DNA of 47,296 nucleotides. Source: a virus (Duplodnaviria > Caudoviricetes). Positions 1-9,970 of this stretch are shown one piece after another. The stretch is from IMG/VR virus record IMGVR_UViG_3300021411_000010, positions 1-47,296 of that record. One strand, given 5' to 3'. Below the pieces are notes generated by a model that ran no database searches, was not told the DNA's origin, and saw only the letters and a list, made by a program, of their open reading frames with translations. Position numbers and translations under genes: made by a program. Within the stretch, counting starts at the first letter, position 1. Each line of letters starts with the position of its first letter.

Positions 1-138
1 CGCAGGGGCTAAGGTAGAAATTAAACGTCAATTAGATGCACAATTACAAGGTACAGGTACTGGTCAAGTAGGAACTATTACAACTGCTACTACATCAGGT
101 GGTGTTGATACTTATGTTATGGATGCTGAGTATGGAGC
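1..138. repeat. Terminal overlap (copy 1) showing a circular or circularly permuted complete genome
   Basis: 1-138 equals 47159-47296 except position 12 (A) vs 47170 (C). The capsid reading frame runs through the join. Confidence 0.95.
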
Positions 139-901
139 TAGATTAGTTCGATTTGATCAGGTAGTTCAAGTTTATGATACTACATTAGCTACATTTAGAG
201 GAAAAGGTGTTATTACACAATGGGACGTAGAAAATAAGCAGATTCAGGTAACTCCAGCTATTGCAGGTGCTACAAATACGGATGTATTAGTTGTTGATGG
301 ATTATCTAATCCTACAGCTTTACCTGGCTTGTATGGTGTTCAATATCATCATAGTAATGCTAGTACTGGTACTTGGTTAGGTTATGATAGAGCTAGCACT
401 CCTGAAATTCGGTCTAACCGAGTGAATGGTGGAAGTTCTGCATTAACTTTACCATTACCACGATTAGCTATCAATAAGATTGGTAATAGAGTTGGTATTG
501 ATAATAATTTTGATCCCGTTGCTTGGACACATCCTTGTCAGGCACAGGCATATGAGGAAATTGGACAATTAATTTCTATTATTCATAAAGCACCTAAGGA
601 TGAAGCATTAAATCTTTATTTTGGTGATAATATGCAGTTAGCTGGTGCTCCTATTAAACAACATTTTAATTGGTCTAAGAAACGTGTTGATTTTGTCGTA
701 TCTAGTATTTGGGGTAGAGCAGAAATTCTCCCTATTGGATTCTATACATCTGATGGGCGTAGAATTTTTGAATTAAGAGGAGCTAGTGGTGGTGTAGCCG
801 CAGCAGATATTTTCTATATGGTAGTTGGTTTCCAAACTTTCTTGCTAAATCCTGCTGCTACCGCTTATATTGACGCTCTTGCTATCCCAAGTGGATATTA
901 A
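2..901 (+). CDS. Major capsid protein, 3' part (continues from 46806 across the join; ~417 aa in total)
   Basis: The ORF-track ATG at 119 corresponds to 47277, in frame with the ATG at 46806. Size and position after portal and an acidic scaffold fit an HK97-fold capsid. Confidence 0.85.
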   Translation, partial: AGAKVEIKRQLDAQLQGTGTGQVGTITTATTSGGVDTYVMDAEYGARLVRFDQVVQVYDTTLATFRGKGVITQWDVENKQIQVTPAIAGATNTDVLVVDGLSNPTALPGLYGVQYHHSNASTGTWLGYDRASTPEIRSNRVNGGSSALTLPLPRLAINKIGNRVGIDNNFDPVAWTHPCQAQAYEEIGQLISIIHKAPKDEALNLYFGDNMQLAGAPIKQHFNWSKKRVDFVVSSIWGRAEILPIGFYTSDGRRIFELRGASGGVAAADIFYMVVGFQTFLLNPAATAYIDALAIPSGY

Positions 902-915
902 AGGAGATATGAACA

Positions 916-1254
916 ATGCCTGACCTACAATTCCAGCAGCTTAGTACAGTAAATGATGGTGCTCAGCCTACACCTCCTACAGTTACTGCGGCTGCTACAA
1001 TTAGTCCGAGTACATTTTTAACTATTTTAACAGGTAATACAGCAGTAGCTACTATTGTTCCTCCTGTAGCTGGTGCTCATATGTTAGCTATTGTTCCTGG
1101 AACAACCACTGGTTTTACGACTGGTGGTAATATTGTTGGTGGAACAGCTACAGTAGCTAACAAGTTGTATTTAATGATTTTTAATCCATTACCGGATGCC
1201 GCTTATGCAACTACAGGTGGACATTACTTAATTGTTAACGCAACAACGAGTTAA
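916..1254 (+). CDS. Putative capsid decoration/cement protein
   Basis: 112 aa, rich in Thr/Ala/Gly and beta-type residues, directly after the capsid gene with a strong AGGAG SD. Confidence 0.55.
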   Translation: MPDLQFQQLSTVNDGAQPTPPTVTAAATISPSTFLTILTGNTAVATIVPPVAGAHMLAIVPGTTTGFTTGGNIVGGTATVANKLYLMIFNPLPDAAYATTGGHYLIVNATTS

Positions 1255-1269
1255 ATAATAAAATGGGGG

Positions 1270-1300
1270 GCGCGTATCCATAAAAACGCGCAACTCTTTT
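1270..1300 (+). terminator. Possible intrinsic terminator after the capsid/decoration genes
   Basis: GCGCGT-10 nt-ACGCGC stem followed by CTCTTTT. Confidence 0.4.
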
Positions 1301-1318
1301 AAAAAAGGAAAAGCAAAA

Positions 1319-2047
1319 ATGAAAGTAATGATTGGGTTATCAACAGCAGAAGATTTAAGAAAAGCAGAATTTCTTCCGTATTTTATGAGTTTAAATAGAC
1401 CTGAAAACTCAATGCAATGTACTGTACATGGTCAATCTCCTGCTAAATCTAGAAATCTCATTGCTGAAAGAGCATTAGAAAATAATTGCACTCATATTTT
1501 ATTTTTAGATGATGATATGACTCCTCCAGGTGATACATTGATGAAATTATTGAAACATGATAAAGATGTAGTCTCTGCTCTTTATCTTCTTAGAAGCTAT
1601 CCTCATTATCCAGCCGCTTTTAATAAGAAATATTGGAATGGAAAAAATAAACACGCATTTCTCACATCTGACATGACTGGACTAGTTCCAATTACAAATT
1701 GTGGATTGGGATGTGTTCTTGTCAAAATTGAAGTTTTTAAAAAACTCGAAAAACCTTGGGTTCGTCTTGCTGAACTTGCAAAAGACGAATGGTGTGATGA
1801 CATTGGATTTTTTAATCGTGTTGGAGAAGCTGGATTTGAGATGTTTTGTGATTTAGATACTCCAGTAGGACACATAAACAATATAAGTATTTGGCCTGAA
1901 AAAAAGGAACATGGTTGGTTCACTACATATAAAAATATGAATGGTAATATTACATTTCCTCAATACATTCCAACTAGAGAAGAAATGGAAAAACAAGAAA
2001 TTGATAATGAAAAAGATAAACTAGTTGATTCTCTGACTCCAATTTAG
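1319..2047 (+). CDS. Glycosyltransferase family 2 (GT-A fold)
   Basis: SRNLIAERAL, THILFLDDDM (DxD), CGLGCVLVK, WCDDIGFF and DTPVGH motifs typical of phage GT2 proteins. Confidence 0.85.
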   Translation: MKVMIGLSTAEDLRKAEFLPYFMSLNRPENSMQCTVHGQSPAKSRNLIAERALENNCTHILFLDDDMTPPGDTLMKLLKHDKDVVSALYLLRSYPHYPAAFNKKYWNGKNKHAFLTSDMTGLVPITNCGLGCVLVKIEVFKKLEKPWVRLAELAKDEWCDDIGFFNRVGEAGFEMFCDLDTPVGHINNISIWPEKKEHGWFTTYKNMNGNITFPQYIPTREEMEKQEIDNEKDKLVDSLTPI

Positions 2048-2073
2048 GAGTTCGAGCATAGCTCGGGAGAAAA

Positions 2074-2781
2074 ATGGCTACTGCTGACCCAGGAGTAGGT
2101 TCATGGACGCCCATAAATATGTGGGCAATGCTACGTGCATTAATTAATGCTAACGTTCCTATTCTAACTAATGCTGGTGCTCCTGTAAATGGAACATCTG
2201 GAACATATGTTGGTAAAGCTGCGAAAGGTTCTTTATTAATTGATATTACAAATGGTCCATTATATCAAAATACTGGAACATTAGCTAGTCCTACATGGTC
2301 TTTAGCCGCTATCCCTCCTGGAGGTATTGCATCTGCTCAAATAGCTCCAGGTGTTATTCAGGTTGCTACTGGTCAAATTACAAAAGCTAATATTATTGGA
2401 ACTGCTGCTGGTCAATTAGGTCACGCAAATGGTGTTGTATTAGTTCCAGCCGCTCCAGCAGGTTGTATTAATGAATTAATTAGTTTAGTAGCCGCTATGG
2501 ACTTTGCAACTGCTGCATATACTGGAGCGGCTGGAAACGTAACAGCTAATATTAGTGGAGGTGGAGCGGCTTTAACAGGTATTGTTACAGGTACTATTCT
2601 TATTCAAGCCGCTGCTGATATTATTATTGAATTAGTTCCTTTGGCCGCTACAAAGAATACTTATACAGCCGCTAACGGCTTAGCACTTGTCTGTACTGCT
2701 GCTCCTACAGATCCAGGAACAGCGGCAGGAGTAATTAATTGGGTGTGTTCATATCGTCAAACTGGAGTTCTTGTAACCTAA
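2074..2781 (+). CDS. Putative virion structural protein (head fibre/decoration-like)
   Basis: Ala/Gly/Thr-rich. GAPVNGT...GSLLIDITNGPLYQNTGTLASPTW resembles short trimeric fibre modules. Confidence 0.55.
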   Translation: MATADPGVGSWTPINMWAMLRALINANVPILTNAGAPVNGTSGTYVGKAAKGSLLIDITNGPLYQNTGTLASPTWSLAAIPPGGIASAQIAPGVIQVATGQITKANIIGTAAGQLGHANGVVLVPAAPAGCINELISLVAAMDFATAAYTGAAGNVTANISGGGAALTGIVTGTILIQAAADIIIELVPLAATKNTYTAANGLALVCTAAPTDPGTAAGVINWVCSYRQTGVLVT

Positions 2782-2952
2782 ATGAAACTTGAAATTAATG
2801 ATTTCAATGAATTAGTAAAATTTATTGATCTATTTAGACATTTGGATGACGAAAGACTTAAATCTTTTACTACCGAACTTAATAAAGATAGTGATAAACT
2901 TATTCAAGCAGAACAAAAGGATGGAAAACATGTCAGCACAAGTTCTAGTTGA
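2782..2952 (+). CDS. Small hypothetical protein (56 aa; not in ORF track)
   Basis: ATG abuts the upstream stop (TAAATG); translates as MKLEINDFNELVKFIDLFRHLDDERLKSF... Confidence 0.5.
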   Translation: MKLEINDFNELVKFIDLFRHLDDERLKSFTTELNKDSDKLIQAEQKDGKHVSTSSS

Positions 2953-3160
2953 TCTCAGTGCCGCTACCACTAAGGCTAAGGGAGCTATGGAATCTGCTAC
3001 AGTTCTTATTAATGGTATTGGTGCTCGTGTTCAGGCAGCCGTTGATGCTGCTATTGCTAATGGCGCTACTGCTGAAGAATTAGCTCCAGTTACTCAGGTA
3101 GTTTCTGATTTGAATACTGATGCTGATGCTTTAGCGTCTGCTGTTGCTTCTAATCCATAA
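2930..3160 (+). CDS. Small Ala-rich helical protein (76 aa)
   Basis: Likely start is ATG 2930 (MSAQVLV), in frame with track ORF 2825..3160. Confidence 0.65.
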   Translation: MSAQVLVDLSAATTKAKGAMESATVLINGIGARVQAAVDAAIANGATAEELAPVTQVVSDLNTDADALASAVASNP

Positions 3161-3169
3161 AGATTGAGT

Positions 3170-3256
3170 TGGACTGTTTCTGATGTTCCCTGTCACACTT
3201 TGTATAATTTCACAATTCAGTGAAACAAAGTGGAGCTGAAGAAACAGTCCATTTTT
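3170..3256 (+). other. Long imperfect intergenic RNA hairpin followed by a U tract
   Basis: TGGACTGTTTC/GAAACAGTCCA outer stem, CACTTTG/CAAAGTG and TTTCAC/GTGAAA inner stems, then a T run. Confidence 0.7.
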
Positions 3257-3268
3257 TCCAGGAGTTTT

Positions 3269-3799
3269 ATGGATCTCAGAGAACCAATAGAACGTATAAA
3301 TGAACAATTAATAAATGAATATGGTACTGATATTGCTGATAACAGACCTAAATATAGATTAGTTTGGAGTGATGATCAATATGAGAATAGAATAACTACA
3401 CATGATGATCATGGAAATGAACTTATACGTCCAGAAGTTCGTTATTTGCCTAAATATAAACAATATATAAGACATAGATATATTTTAGAACGATTAACAG
3501 TTGTTTTAGGAGAAACCGATCTTACTGAAAAGGTAGTATACGAAGTTGTTTGGACATTTCAAGATAATCAAGGTAAGTATCTTCCTCCTTGGTTTGAGGC
3601 TTGCAGACATATCATTGAGAATATTCTCATGAATATGGGAGCAAAAAACTACTTTGCTAAATATAAAGATATTATGAGTAAAGAAGAATATATAGCTGGT
3701 ATTGATAGAATGGAAAAAGAGTTATTTGGAAATGAAACTCCTGTTGGAGATGCATTAGCTTATGGTTCTGGTGTAGTAGTTCCTGGAACTATTCATTAA
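3269..3799 (+). CDS. Hypothetical protein in the structural module
   Basis: Start moved to ATG 3269 behind an AGGAG SD; the track start lies inside the hairpin. Confidence 0.75.
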   Translation: MDLREPIERINEQLINEYGTDIADNRPKYRLVWSDDQYENRITTHDDHGNELIRPEVRYLPKYKQYIRHRYILERLTVVLGETDLTEKVVYEVVWTFQDNQGKYLPPWFEACRHIIENILMNMGAKNYFAKYKDIMSKEEYIAGIDRMEKELFGNETPVGDALAYGSGVVVPGTIH

Positions 3800-3808
3800 G
3801 GAGAAAAA

Positions 3809-4552
3809 ATGTCTGATGAAGTTGGAGCACCAATTCTAATAAGAGATGTAAAAACTGGAGCTACATCTCAAATGGAATTTACTAATATTTCTATGAATAA
3901 ACGTAGATTAATTAGAAGTTTCAAGAATCCAATGGACCGTTCTACAATAGTTAACATATTTCCTAAAGATATTTATGAAGAGAAACCAACGATTGAACCA
4001 GGTAAATTCAATATTCCTGCAGGAACATATGATAAACCAGCCGTTCTTACTATAGGTTCTAGTTCATGGTGGAAGGATATTGATGCAGATCAACCTATGT
4101 TAGAAATGCAACGTAGTAGTATTGAGGTAGCAAATGCAGTTGTTACAGATTATTGTAATAGTATGTTAGGTTCAAATATGGGAGACTCAATGCCTGGTCT
4201 CTTTTTTGTTCTTGGAGAACAGAGTTCTAATGATATTGTAGTTAAATTTAAGACAAAATTAGATGAAATGAAAGCGAAACAAATTAATTGGTATAAAGTT
4301 CTAGTTCGTATCGCAGATAGTCTTTGGGCACGTACACAGGGTAATAGTCTTGCTATTTGGGATGAGATGAGATTAGCCGCTCGGGAATTAAATTTTAATG
4401 ATAAACCTTGGCTTAAGGACTATCAAATTTCTGAGCTTGTTCGTTGTAAGGCTTGTGGAGGTATGAGAAATCCATTATTCCCAATTTGTCCATCTTGTAA
4501 GGTTATTGATCAGGATCATCCAGAAGCAAAGAATCTCAAGTTTGCTATTTAG
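3809..4552 (+). CDS. Hypothetical protein with C-terminal zinc ribbon
   Basis: CKACG...CPSC near the C-terminus; AAGGAG SD. Confidence 0.75.
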   Translation: MSDEVGAPILIRDVKTGATSQMEFTNISMNKRRLIRSFKNPMDRSTIVNIFPKDIYEEKPTIEPGKFNIPAGTYDKPAVLTIGSSSWWKDIDADQPMLEMQRSSIEVANAVVTDYCNSMLGSNMGDSMPGLFFVLGEQSSNDIVVKFKTKLDEMKAKQINWYKVLVRIADSLWARTQGNSLAIWDEMRLAARELNFNDKPWLKDYQISELVRCKACGGMRNPLFPICPSCKVIDQDHPEAKNLKFAI

Positions 4553-4560
4553 AGAAATAA

Positions 4561-4917
4561 ATGAGTGTTACAAGTAGTCGTACGATTCAGATAGAATTTT
4601 CTGGTGATGTAGATGCTGAAATAATACAATCCGCTTTAGATAATGCATTTTCTTTTGGTCAAATTGATACTATTAATTTAGCTTCTGGAGCTAATACAAT
4701 AACAGGTCCAGGAGTTAGTTTTCTAGTTACAGGATTAACAATTATTCCACCAGCCGGTAACACCTCATTAATAACTCTTAAAGGAGTTGCTGGAGACACA
4801 GGAGTTAATCTTCACAAAACAGATCCTACATCTATAGCATTGGATAATACACCCTTTGTAAGTTTAGTATTGAACGCTGCGGCTGCAATTGTTGGAGTTA
4901 GATTGATTTGGAGTTAA
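4561..4917 (+). CDS. Putative virion protein
   Basis: 118 aa, beta-rich, between the capsid and neck genes. Confidence 0.55.
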   Translation: MSVTSSRTIQIEFSGDVDAEIIQSALDNAFSFGQIDTINLASGANTITGPGVSFLVTGLTIIPPAGNTSLITLKGVAGDTGVNLHKTDPTSIALDNTPFVSLVLNAAAAIVGVRLIWS

Positions 4918-4918
4918 A

Positions 4919-5617
4919 TTGCCTAAACCAAGTGATATTATAACCACCGTAGCGGCAGCGATGATGAATGATGCCGCTCAGGCAGTATATACTAATGATG
5001 TTTGTTTGCCTCTTCTTAATTTAGCTTTAGATGAGTTACAAGAAATATATGAATTAAATGATATTCCGGCAACAAGTGATACCTCAACGGCTATTACGAT
5101 TCCAGCAGGAATTTCTAGTATAGGATTTGATACAACTCCTGCCCTGCCATCTAATTTTATTGAAATGAAGCAATTATGGGAATCTCAAAATGGATTAAAT
5201 CAATGGACTCCAGTTGCTAAGAAAGAAACACTTCCTCATTATTTGGAAAATAATTCAACTATTTCTATGTTCCTAATATGGGCTTGGGAACATGGAAGGA
5301 TAACTTTAATACCTGCTAATACTCCTATAGATCTCAAATTGGATTATATTGGTAATCTATTTAATACACCAATTCATATTAAAGATGTTAATGTAAATCT
5401 TCCATTCACTAATATTAAAACATATCTTGAGTATAAAACAGGTGCGCTCTGTGCTATGTTTATTGCTGAAAATCCAGAAAGAGCTGGTGCTTTAGATGGC
5501 TTAGCAGGAACAGCTCTTTCACGAGCTCTCGGAATACCTATTAAAGGTATGCAATCTATTACTACTAGACGCAGACCATTTAGAGCCTCATTTAAAAGAC
5601 GAGGAACCTCCTTTTAG
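4919..5617 (+). CDS. Putative head-tail adaptor (podovirus adaptor-like)
   Basis: Helical N-terminus (LLNLALDELQE), beta middle, helical C-terminus; sits just before the nozzle-like gene. Confidence 0.6.
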   Translation: MPKPSDIITTVAAAMMNDAAQAVYTNDVCLPLLNLALDELQEIYELNDIPATSDTSTAITIPAGISSIGFDTTPALPSNFIEMKQLWESQNGLNQWTPVAKKETLPHYLENNSTISMFLIWAWEHGRITLIPANTPIDLKLDYIGNLFNTPIHIKDVNVNLPFTNIKTYLEYKTGALCAMFIAENPERAGALDGLAGTALSRALGIPIKGMQSITTRRRPFRASFKRRGTSF

Positions 5618-5626
5618 GAGGAATAA

Positions 5627-7147
5627 ATGACTATTAGAGATCATCAAGGTATCTCATTTGAACAATTTAATGGTCTATGGGATCGTGGAGATATAGATTC
5701 AACACCTAAAGATCATTTCTCTGAATGTAATAATATAGACTATGCAGCACAAGGTTTCTTTACAAGAGCCGGAATAGGTATTTCTCAAGACGTTTTAGTT
5801 CCACTTACAAATGTACGCCGTATATATAATTATGCTACTCAAACTGCTAACACATTAATAGTTCTTACATATGACTACATTTCTGGATTTGGTAGTATTC
5901 ATCATGTAATTGATTCTAATACAGTATTTGGTCCTCTTTTAACTATTCGAGGTATGACAGATTTTGCTTTTATTCCTTTCGCTGGTAGAGGCTATATTTC
6001 TCCTTTTAGTGACTATATAAATGGTGATTTAACCTTTCAAAAAGGTTTACAGAATGAATTTGTATATGTATATGCTGGAAATGGAACTCCTGCTAGAAAA
6101 GCTGCTGGAGCTGGTTTATCTGGAGCTATGACTATTGCTTTTGGAACACCTGGTCATACAGATGTTGGACAGAAAATATTTGGCATAGTATCACAAACTA
6201 TATCTGGATACAATTCTCCTCCTACATTGCTTCAAACATTTATTACAAATGGTGCAAATTCTGTATCATTTGGTAACATTCCTACTAGTGGAGATCCAAA
6301 CGTAGTTAAACGTCTTCTTGTATCAACTATAACTATTCCAGCTGGAACCTTCAATGGAAATTTAGATGGATATCCATTATTTTTTGTTCCCGACGCCGTT
6401 ATCAACAATAACACAGATACATTCCTTAATAATATATCCTTCTATGATGCTGATCTCCTAGAAGACGCCTCACATCTATTAAATAATTATACGTCGATTC
6501 CGGCTGGTGCCGTTCTAGCATTATATCATAACAGATTATGTGTTGCAACAACATTCACAGACATTTCACTTGTTTTAGTAAGTGAACCAGGAGAACCTGA
6601 AGCTATTAGCCAACTTACAGGATTAATAGTCTTTCCTTTAGATGGTAATCCTATCACAAATGCTCAAGAAATGAGAGATGTTCTGTATCTATTTAAAAGA
6701 TCTAAAACTAAAGCATATGTTGATAATCAAGATGTTCCATCTTCTTGGCTTCCTATTACAATTGATGAAGCGCTTGGAACTTGTCCCCATGGTATTGCTA
6801 CTGTATTGGATTCTGGTGGTTCCACAGTAGATTTTCTTCTTATAGCTACATATCAAGGAATTAGCCAATTTAATGGAAAATTTGTAACTCCTGAATTAAG
6901 TTGGAAAATTGAAAATTATTGGAAACAATTAAATAGAAATCAATTTGGACTAATTCAATTTATAAATGCTCCAATTCAGAAAGAAATTTATGTTATATTA
7001 CCTACTCGTCAGATATTGATGGGAAATTATTCTAATGGTTTAGATTGGAAAAATATAAGATGGGCACCTTGGGCATTTAGAATGGGTATAAATACTATTG
7101 CAATTTATAATATTGATGAAATCATTCTCGGAGCCGATCTCCTATAA
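5627..7147 (+). CDS. Putative tail nozzle/packaged DNA stabilisation protein (P22 gp10/T7 gp12-like position)
   Basis: N-terminal FNGL motif and beta-propeller-like repeats (YHNRLCV, VSEPGEPE, RDVLYLFK, LGTCPHGI). Confidence 0.6.
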   Translation: MTIRDHQGISFEQFNGLWDRGDIDSTPKDHFSECNNIDYAAQGFFTRAGIGISQDVLVPLTNVRRIYNYATQTANTLIVLTYDYISGFGSIHHVIDSNTVFGPLLTIRGMTDFAFIPFAGRGYISPFSDYINGDLTFQKGLQNEFVYVYAGNGTPARKAAGAGLSGAMTIAFGTPGHTDVGQKIFGIVSQTISGYNSPPTLLQTFITNGANSVSFGNIPTSGDPNVVKRLLVSTITIPAGTFNGNLDGYPLFFVPDAVINNNTDTFLNNISFYDADLLEDASHLLNNYTSIPAGAVLALYHNRLCVATTFTDISLVLVSEPGEPEAISQLTGLIVFPLDGNPITNAQEMRDVLYLFKRSKTKAYVDNQDVPSSWLPITIDEALGTCPHGIATVLDSGGSTVDFLLIATYQGISQFNGKFVTPELSWKIENYWKQLNRNQFGLIQFINAPIQKEIYVILPTRQILMGNYSNGLDWKNIRWAPWAFRMGINTIAIYNIDEIILGADLL

Positions 7148-7150
7148 GCC

Positions 7151-8302
7151 ATGCCTATTGTAGGCTCATACGTTTGTAAATTTACTCTTTTTGGTGTTCC
7201 AACTGGTTCTCCATTGCATATTGGAGGGCCAGGATATGAATGGGGTCCATCTTTAGGTACTGGTTTAAGTGGAGTAGCAACTTATACAGCAATAGGAAAT
7301 TGTTTCTCCCTTAATGGTGGAGCTTTAATTTCATTCAATGGATTACCTTCTGGATTCACTCCTCTTTCAGTAAATTTTAGAAAGACTGGAGGAGGTGTTG
7401 TAGGATCATTATCTAATGGTAATCTCTTAGATAGTGCTCATGCTACTACTGCATTTGGAATATTCGGTCCTCAACAAACTAATTTAACGGCAGTAGGAAC
7501 TGCTAATATTTTCCCACCTTCTGTAATTGGAGCAAGTGCAATTGATTTAATTGCTTTATTTACAATTTCAATTAATTTAAGTTTTGGTTCCGGCGCCGAT
7601 GTTAGTCTATTAGCAATAGTCCTTGAAAACTTAGAAATTTTTGGAAATTATGATATTGTAGCTGTTCCATTTACTCCTCCTGTAACTCCTATTCCTACTT
7701 TACAAGGTACAACAAAACGAGTAGGTGAGAGAGTTAAAATTATTTCAACTTTGAAAGATTTAGATGATGTAGAAGAAATAAAACTCGATTTCGGTGTGCA
7801 TACTATAATCTTAAAAACTCATGAACCTATTATAAATGTAGATGGTGTTGATATTTATGGATATAATTTTATAGAATTTTTCTCTGAAGATGAAATTTGG
7901 TTTGATATTCCTTTATATTTTGACACATATGCTGGACCTTACATAGTTACAATTATATACTTTCCAGGAACACAATTTTCAGGTTCTGTTCTTTTAGGCA
8001 CTCTTAACATCTTATATGAAGATGCTTCTGGAATCTATAGATTTATTAAAAATAAAACAAATGATACATTATATTTCAGAGATGGATTTACTACAGATGT
8101 AAGTTTCCTGATGCTTCCTGAAGATGAAATAATTGAAGATGATTTCTTTAGTTTTCTCTCATATCCTTATAGAATTTTAGCTAAAACTGAAGATGATGAA
8201 GAAATTAATGATTTTACACAATTTGCTTCTCTTAGAGAAGTTGTAGTAACTGAAGATGTGAATATTCCTACTTCATTTATCAAAACAGCATTTCTACCAT
8301 AG
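7151..8302 (+). CDS. Putative tail-associated protein
   Basis: 383 aa, beta-rich, within the tail module. Confidence 0.55.
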   Translation: MPIVGSYVCKFTLFGVPTGSPLHIGGPGYEWGPSLGTGLSGVATYTAIGNCFSLNGGALISFNGLPSGFTPLSVNFRKTGGGVVGSLSNGNLLDSAHATTAFGIFGPQQTNLTAVGTANIFPPSVIGASAIDLIALFTISINLSFGSGADVSLLAIVLENLEIFGNYDIVAVPFTPPVTPIPTLQGTTKRVGERVKIISTLKDLDDVEEIKLDFGVHTIILKTHEPIINVDGVDIYGYNFIEFFSEDEIWFDIPLYFDTYAGPYIVTIIYFPGTQFSGSVLLGTLNILYEDASGIYRFIKNKTNDTLYFRDGFTTDVSFLMLPEDEIIEDDFFSFLSYPYRILAKTEDDEEINDFTQFASLREVVVTEDVNIPTSFIKTAFLP

Positions 8303-8307
8303 AGAAG

Positions 8308-9201
8308 ATGTCTGTAGATCCTTCACGTCTGTATTCAGCCTTAATGAATACAGGTCTGCAACAAAAGGATAATGCTCTCTATCAAGTTATTCATGATTTA
8401 ATTGGTGCTTTATCACTTGTAACTAAGCAAACAAATACAATTATTTCTGGAGGAGGAGGTTCTACTGGTCCTCAAGGTTTTCAGGGTATTCCGGGTATTC
8501 CAGGATCAGATGGATTAGATGGAGAAGATTCTCCTATAATACAAGGTTTACGAGGTTTACAAGGTTTACAAGGTCTTAGTTCTCAGGGAATACCTGGATT
8601 AGATGGAATTGATGGAGAAGATGCATTAGTTATACCTGGTCCTCAAGGTATTCAAGGAATTCCAGGTTCTAGTTCTGGATCTAGTTCTGGAACACCTGGA
8701 ATGCCAGGATTAGATGGAGAAGACGCTTTTGGTGATATTTGGTTTCCTCCAGATAGAATAAATGTATCTGGTCAAGAATATGGTTCTGCATTTCATAATA
8801 CAACACAATCAATTTTAGATTCTACATTTACAATATTAAATTTCAATTCAGAAGATTTTCAATTTAGTACATTACATAGCACTTCGGTAAATAATTCTCG
8901 TGTTACAGCACAACAAGTTGGAATTTATTTATTTGTAGCTCAAGTTAATTTTGCTAGTAATGTAATTGGTTATCGTATTATTGCTATTCAAAAAAGTGGA
9001 AATTTTATTACAATATCAAAATTTCCTCCTGTTGCATCTGCTGGTGGAGCAACTTCTCAACAATGTACATTTATTGTTCAATTAGCTGTTGGGGAATATA
9101 TTGAAGTATTAGCTTGGCAGAATACTACAGGTACTTTATCGGTTGGTGATCCAAGTTCACGATTTGCTCAAAATTCTCTTGCTTGGATGAGATTAGCTTA
9201 A
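8308..9201 (+). CDS. Tail fibre/needle with collagen-like G-X-Y repeats and a C1q/TNF-like C-terminal domain
   Basis: GPQGFQGIPGIPG and GLQGLQG triplets; three GxDGED units; C-terminal NSRVTA..VGIYLFVAQVNF...VQLAVGEYIEV. Confidence 0.75.
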   Translation: MSVDPSRLYSALMNTGLQQKDNALYQVIHDLIGALSLVTKQTNTIISGGGGSTGPQGFQGIPGIPGSDGLDGEDSPIIQGLRGLQGLQGLSSQGIPGLDGIDGEDALVIPGPQGIQGIPGSSSGSSSGTPGMPGLDGEDAFGDIWFPPDRINVSGQEYGSAFHNTTQSILDSTFTILNFNSEDFQFSTLHSTSVNNSRVTAQQVGIYLFVAQVNFASNVIGYRIIAIQKSGNFITISKFPPVASAGGATSQQCTFIVQLAVGEYIEVLAWQNTTGTLSVGDPSSRFAQNSLAWMRLA

Positions 9202-9582
9202 ATGAGTTTCTTCTCAGTTTTTCATCCAATTCGTACAACAGAAGTTGATTTACCTAGCTTATTATCTACTCTTAAATCTTTAGATGCTTCGGCTTCAATT
9301 AATTATGAAGTAGTGAATAAAACTTATACAATAGGCAAAGATACTATATGGACAACGCCACAGAATACAGCAGTTTTATCTGCTATTGAAAATGCTCCGA
9401 TTGCATCTTTCGAATTAACAGCACAGGATCATATAGATACATGGCCTGTTGAATTACGTGCTCTTGTTTTAGCACTAATTGATCAAATTAATGTTATACG
9501 AGGAGCATTAGTTCCTCCTAAGACTGCAATAACATCTGCACAAGCTATACAAGCTATAAGAGATAAAGCCGGAACACTATAA
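9202..9582 (+). CDS. Hypothetical protein (possible fibre chaperone)
   Basis: Directly follows the fibre gene; helical C-terminus. Confidence 0.5.
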   Translation: MSFFSVFHPIRTTEVDLPSLLSTLKSLDASASINYEVVNKTYTIGKDTIWTTPQNTAVLSAIENAPIASFELTAQDHIDTWPVELRALVLALIDQINVIRGALVPPKTAITSAQAIQAIRDKAGTL

Positions 9583-9595
9583 GGGAGATTTTTAA

Positions 9596-9970
9596 ATGCC
9601 AGCAAACAAAACGATTCGATTCGGTCCAGTTGCTCTTTCAAACACACTTACTACGAATATTATTAATCCTAATATTACATCATTAGCTGGACCTATAGGA
9701 TTTACTATGACACAAATTTATGTTCTCCTTAAACATATTCGTGTAGTTAATAAAACTGCTGGAGCCGTTACCTTCTCATTATGGATTGGTGCCACAGGAG
9801 GTAACGTTGCTGGAACAGAGTTTATTGGAACTGGTCTTTCAGTAGCCGCTAACAGTGCATTCGATTGGTATGGATTAGTTAGATTAGATGCCGCAGACTT
9901 TTTAGTTGGTGGAGCAAGTGCAGCTACTAGTTTAACAATAGAAGCAGAAGGTGAAGTAGGAGTTGCCTAA
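9596..9970 (+). CDS. Putative virion protein
   Basis: Jelly-roll-like beta pattern (HIRVVNKTAGAVTFSLWIG); strong SD. Confidence 0.6.
   Translation: MPANKTIRFGPVALSNTLTTNIINPNITSLAGPIGFTMTQIYVLLKHIRVVNKTAGAVTFSLWIGATGGNVAGTEFIGTGLSVAANSAFDWYGLVRLDAADFLVGGASAATSLTIEAEGEVGVA

Noticed and set aside
1-138. Biological direct terminal repeat
   Set aside because: It falls mid-capsid gene and has the size of an assembler overlap. It shows circularity, not the physical ends.
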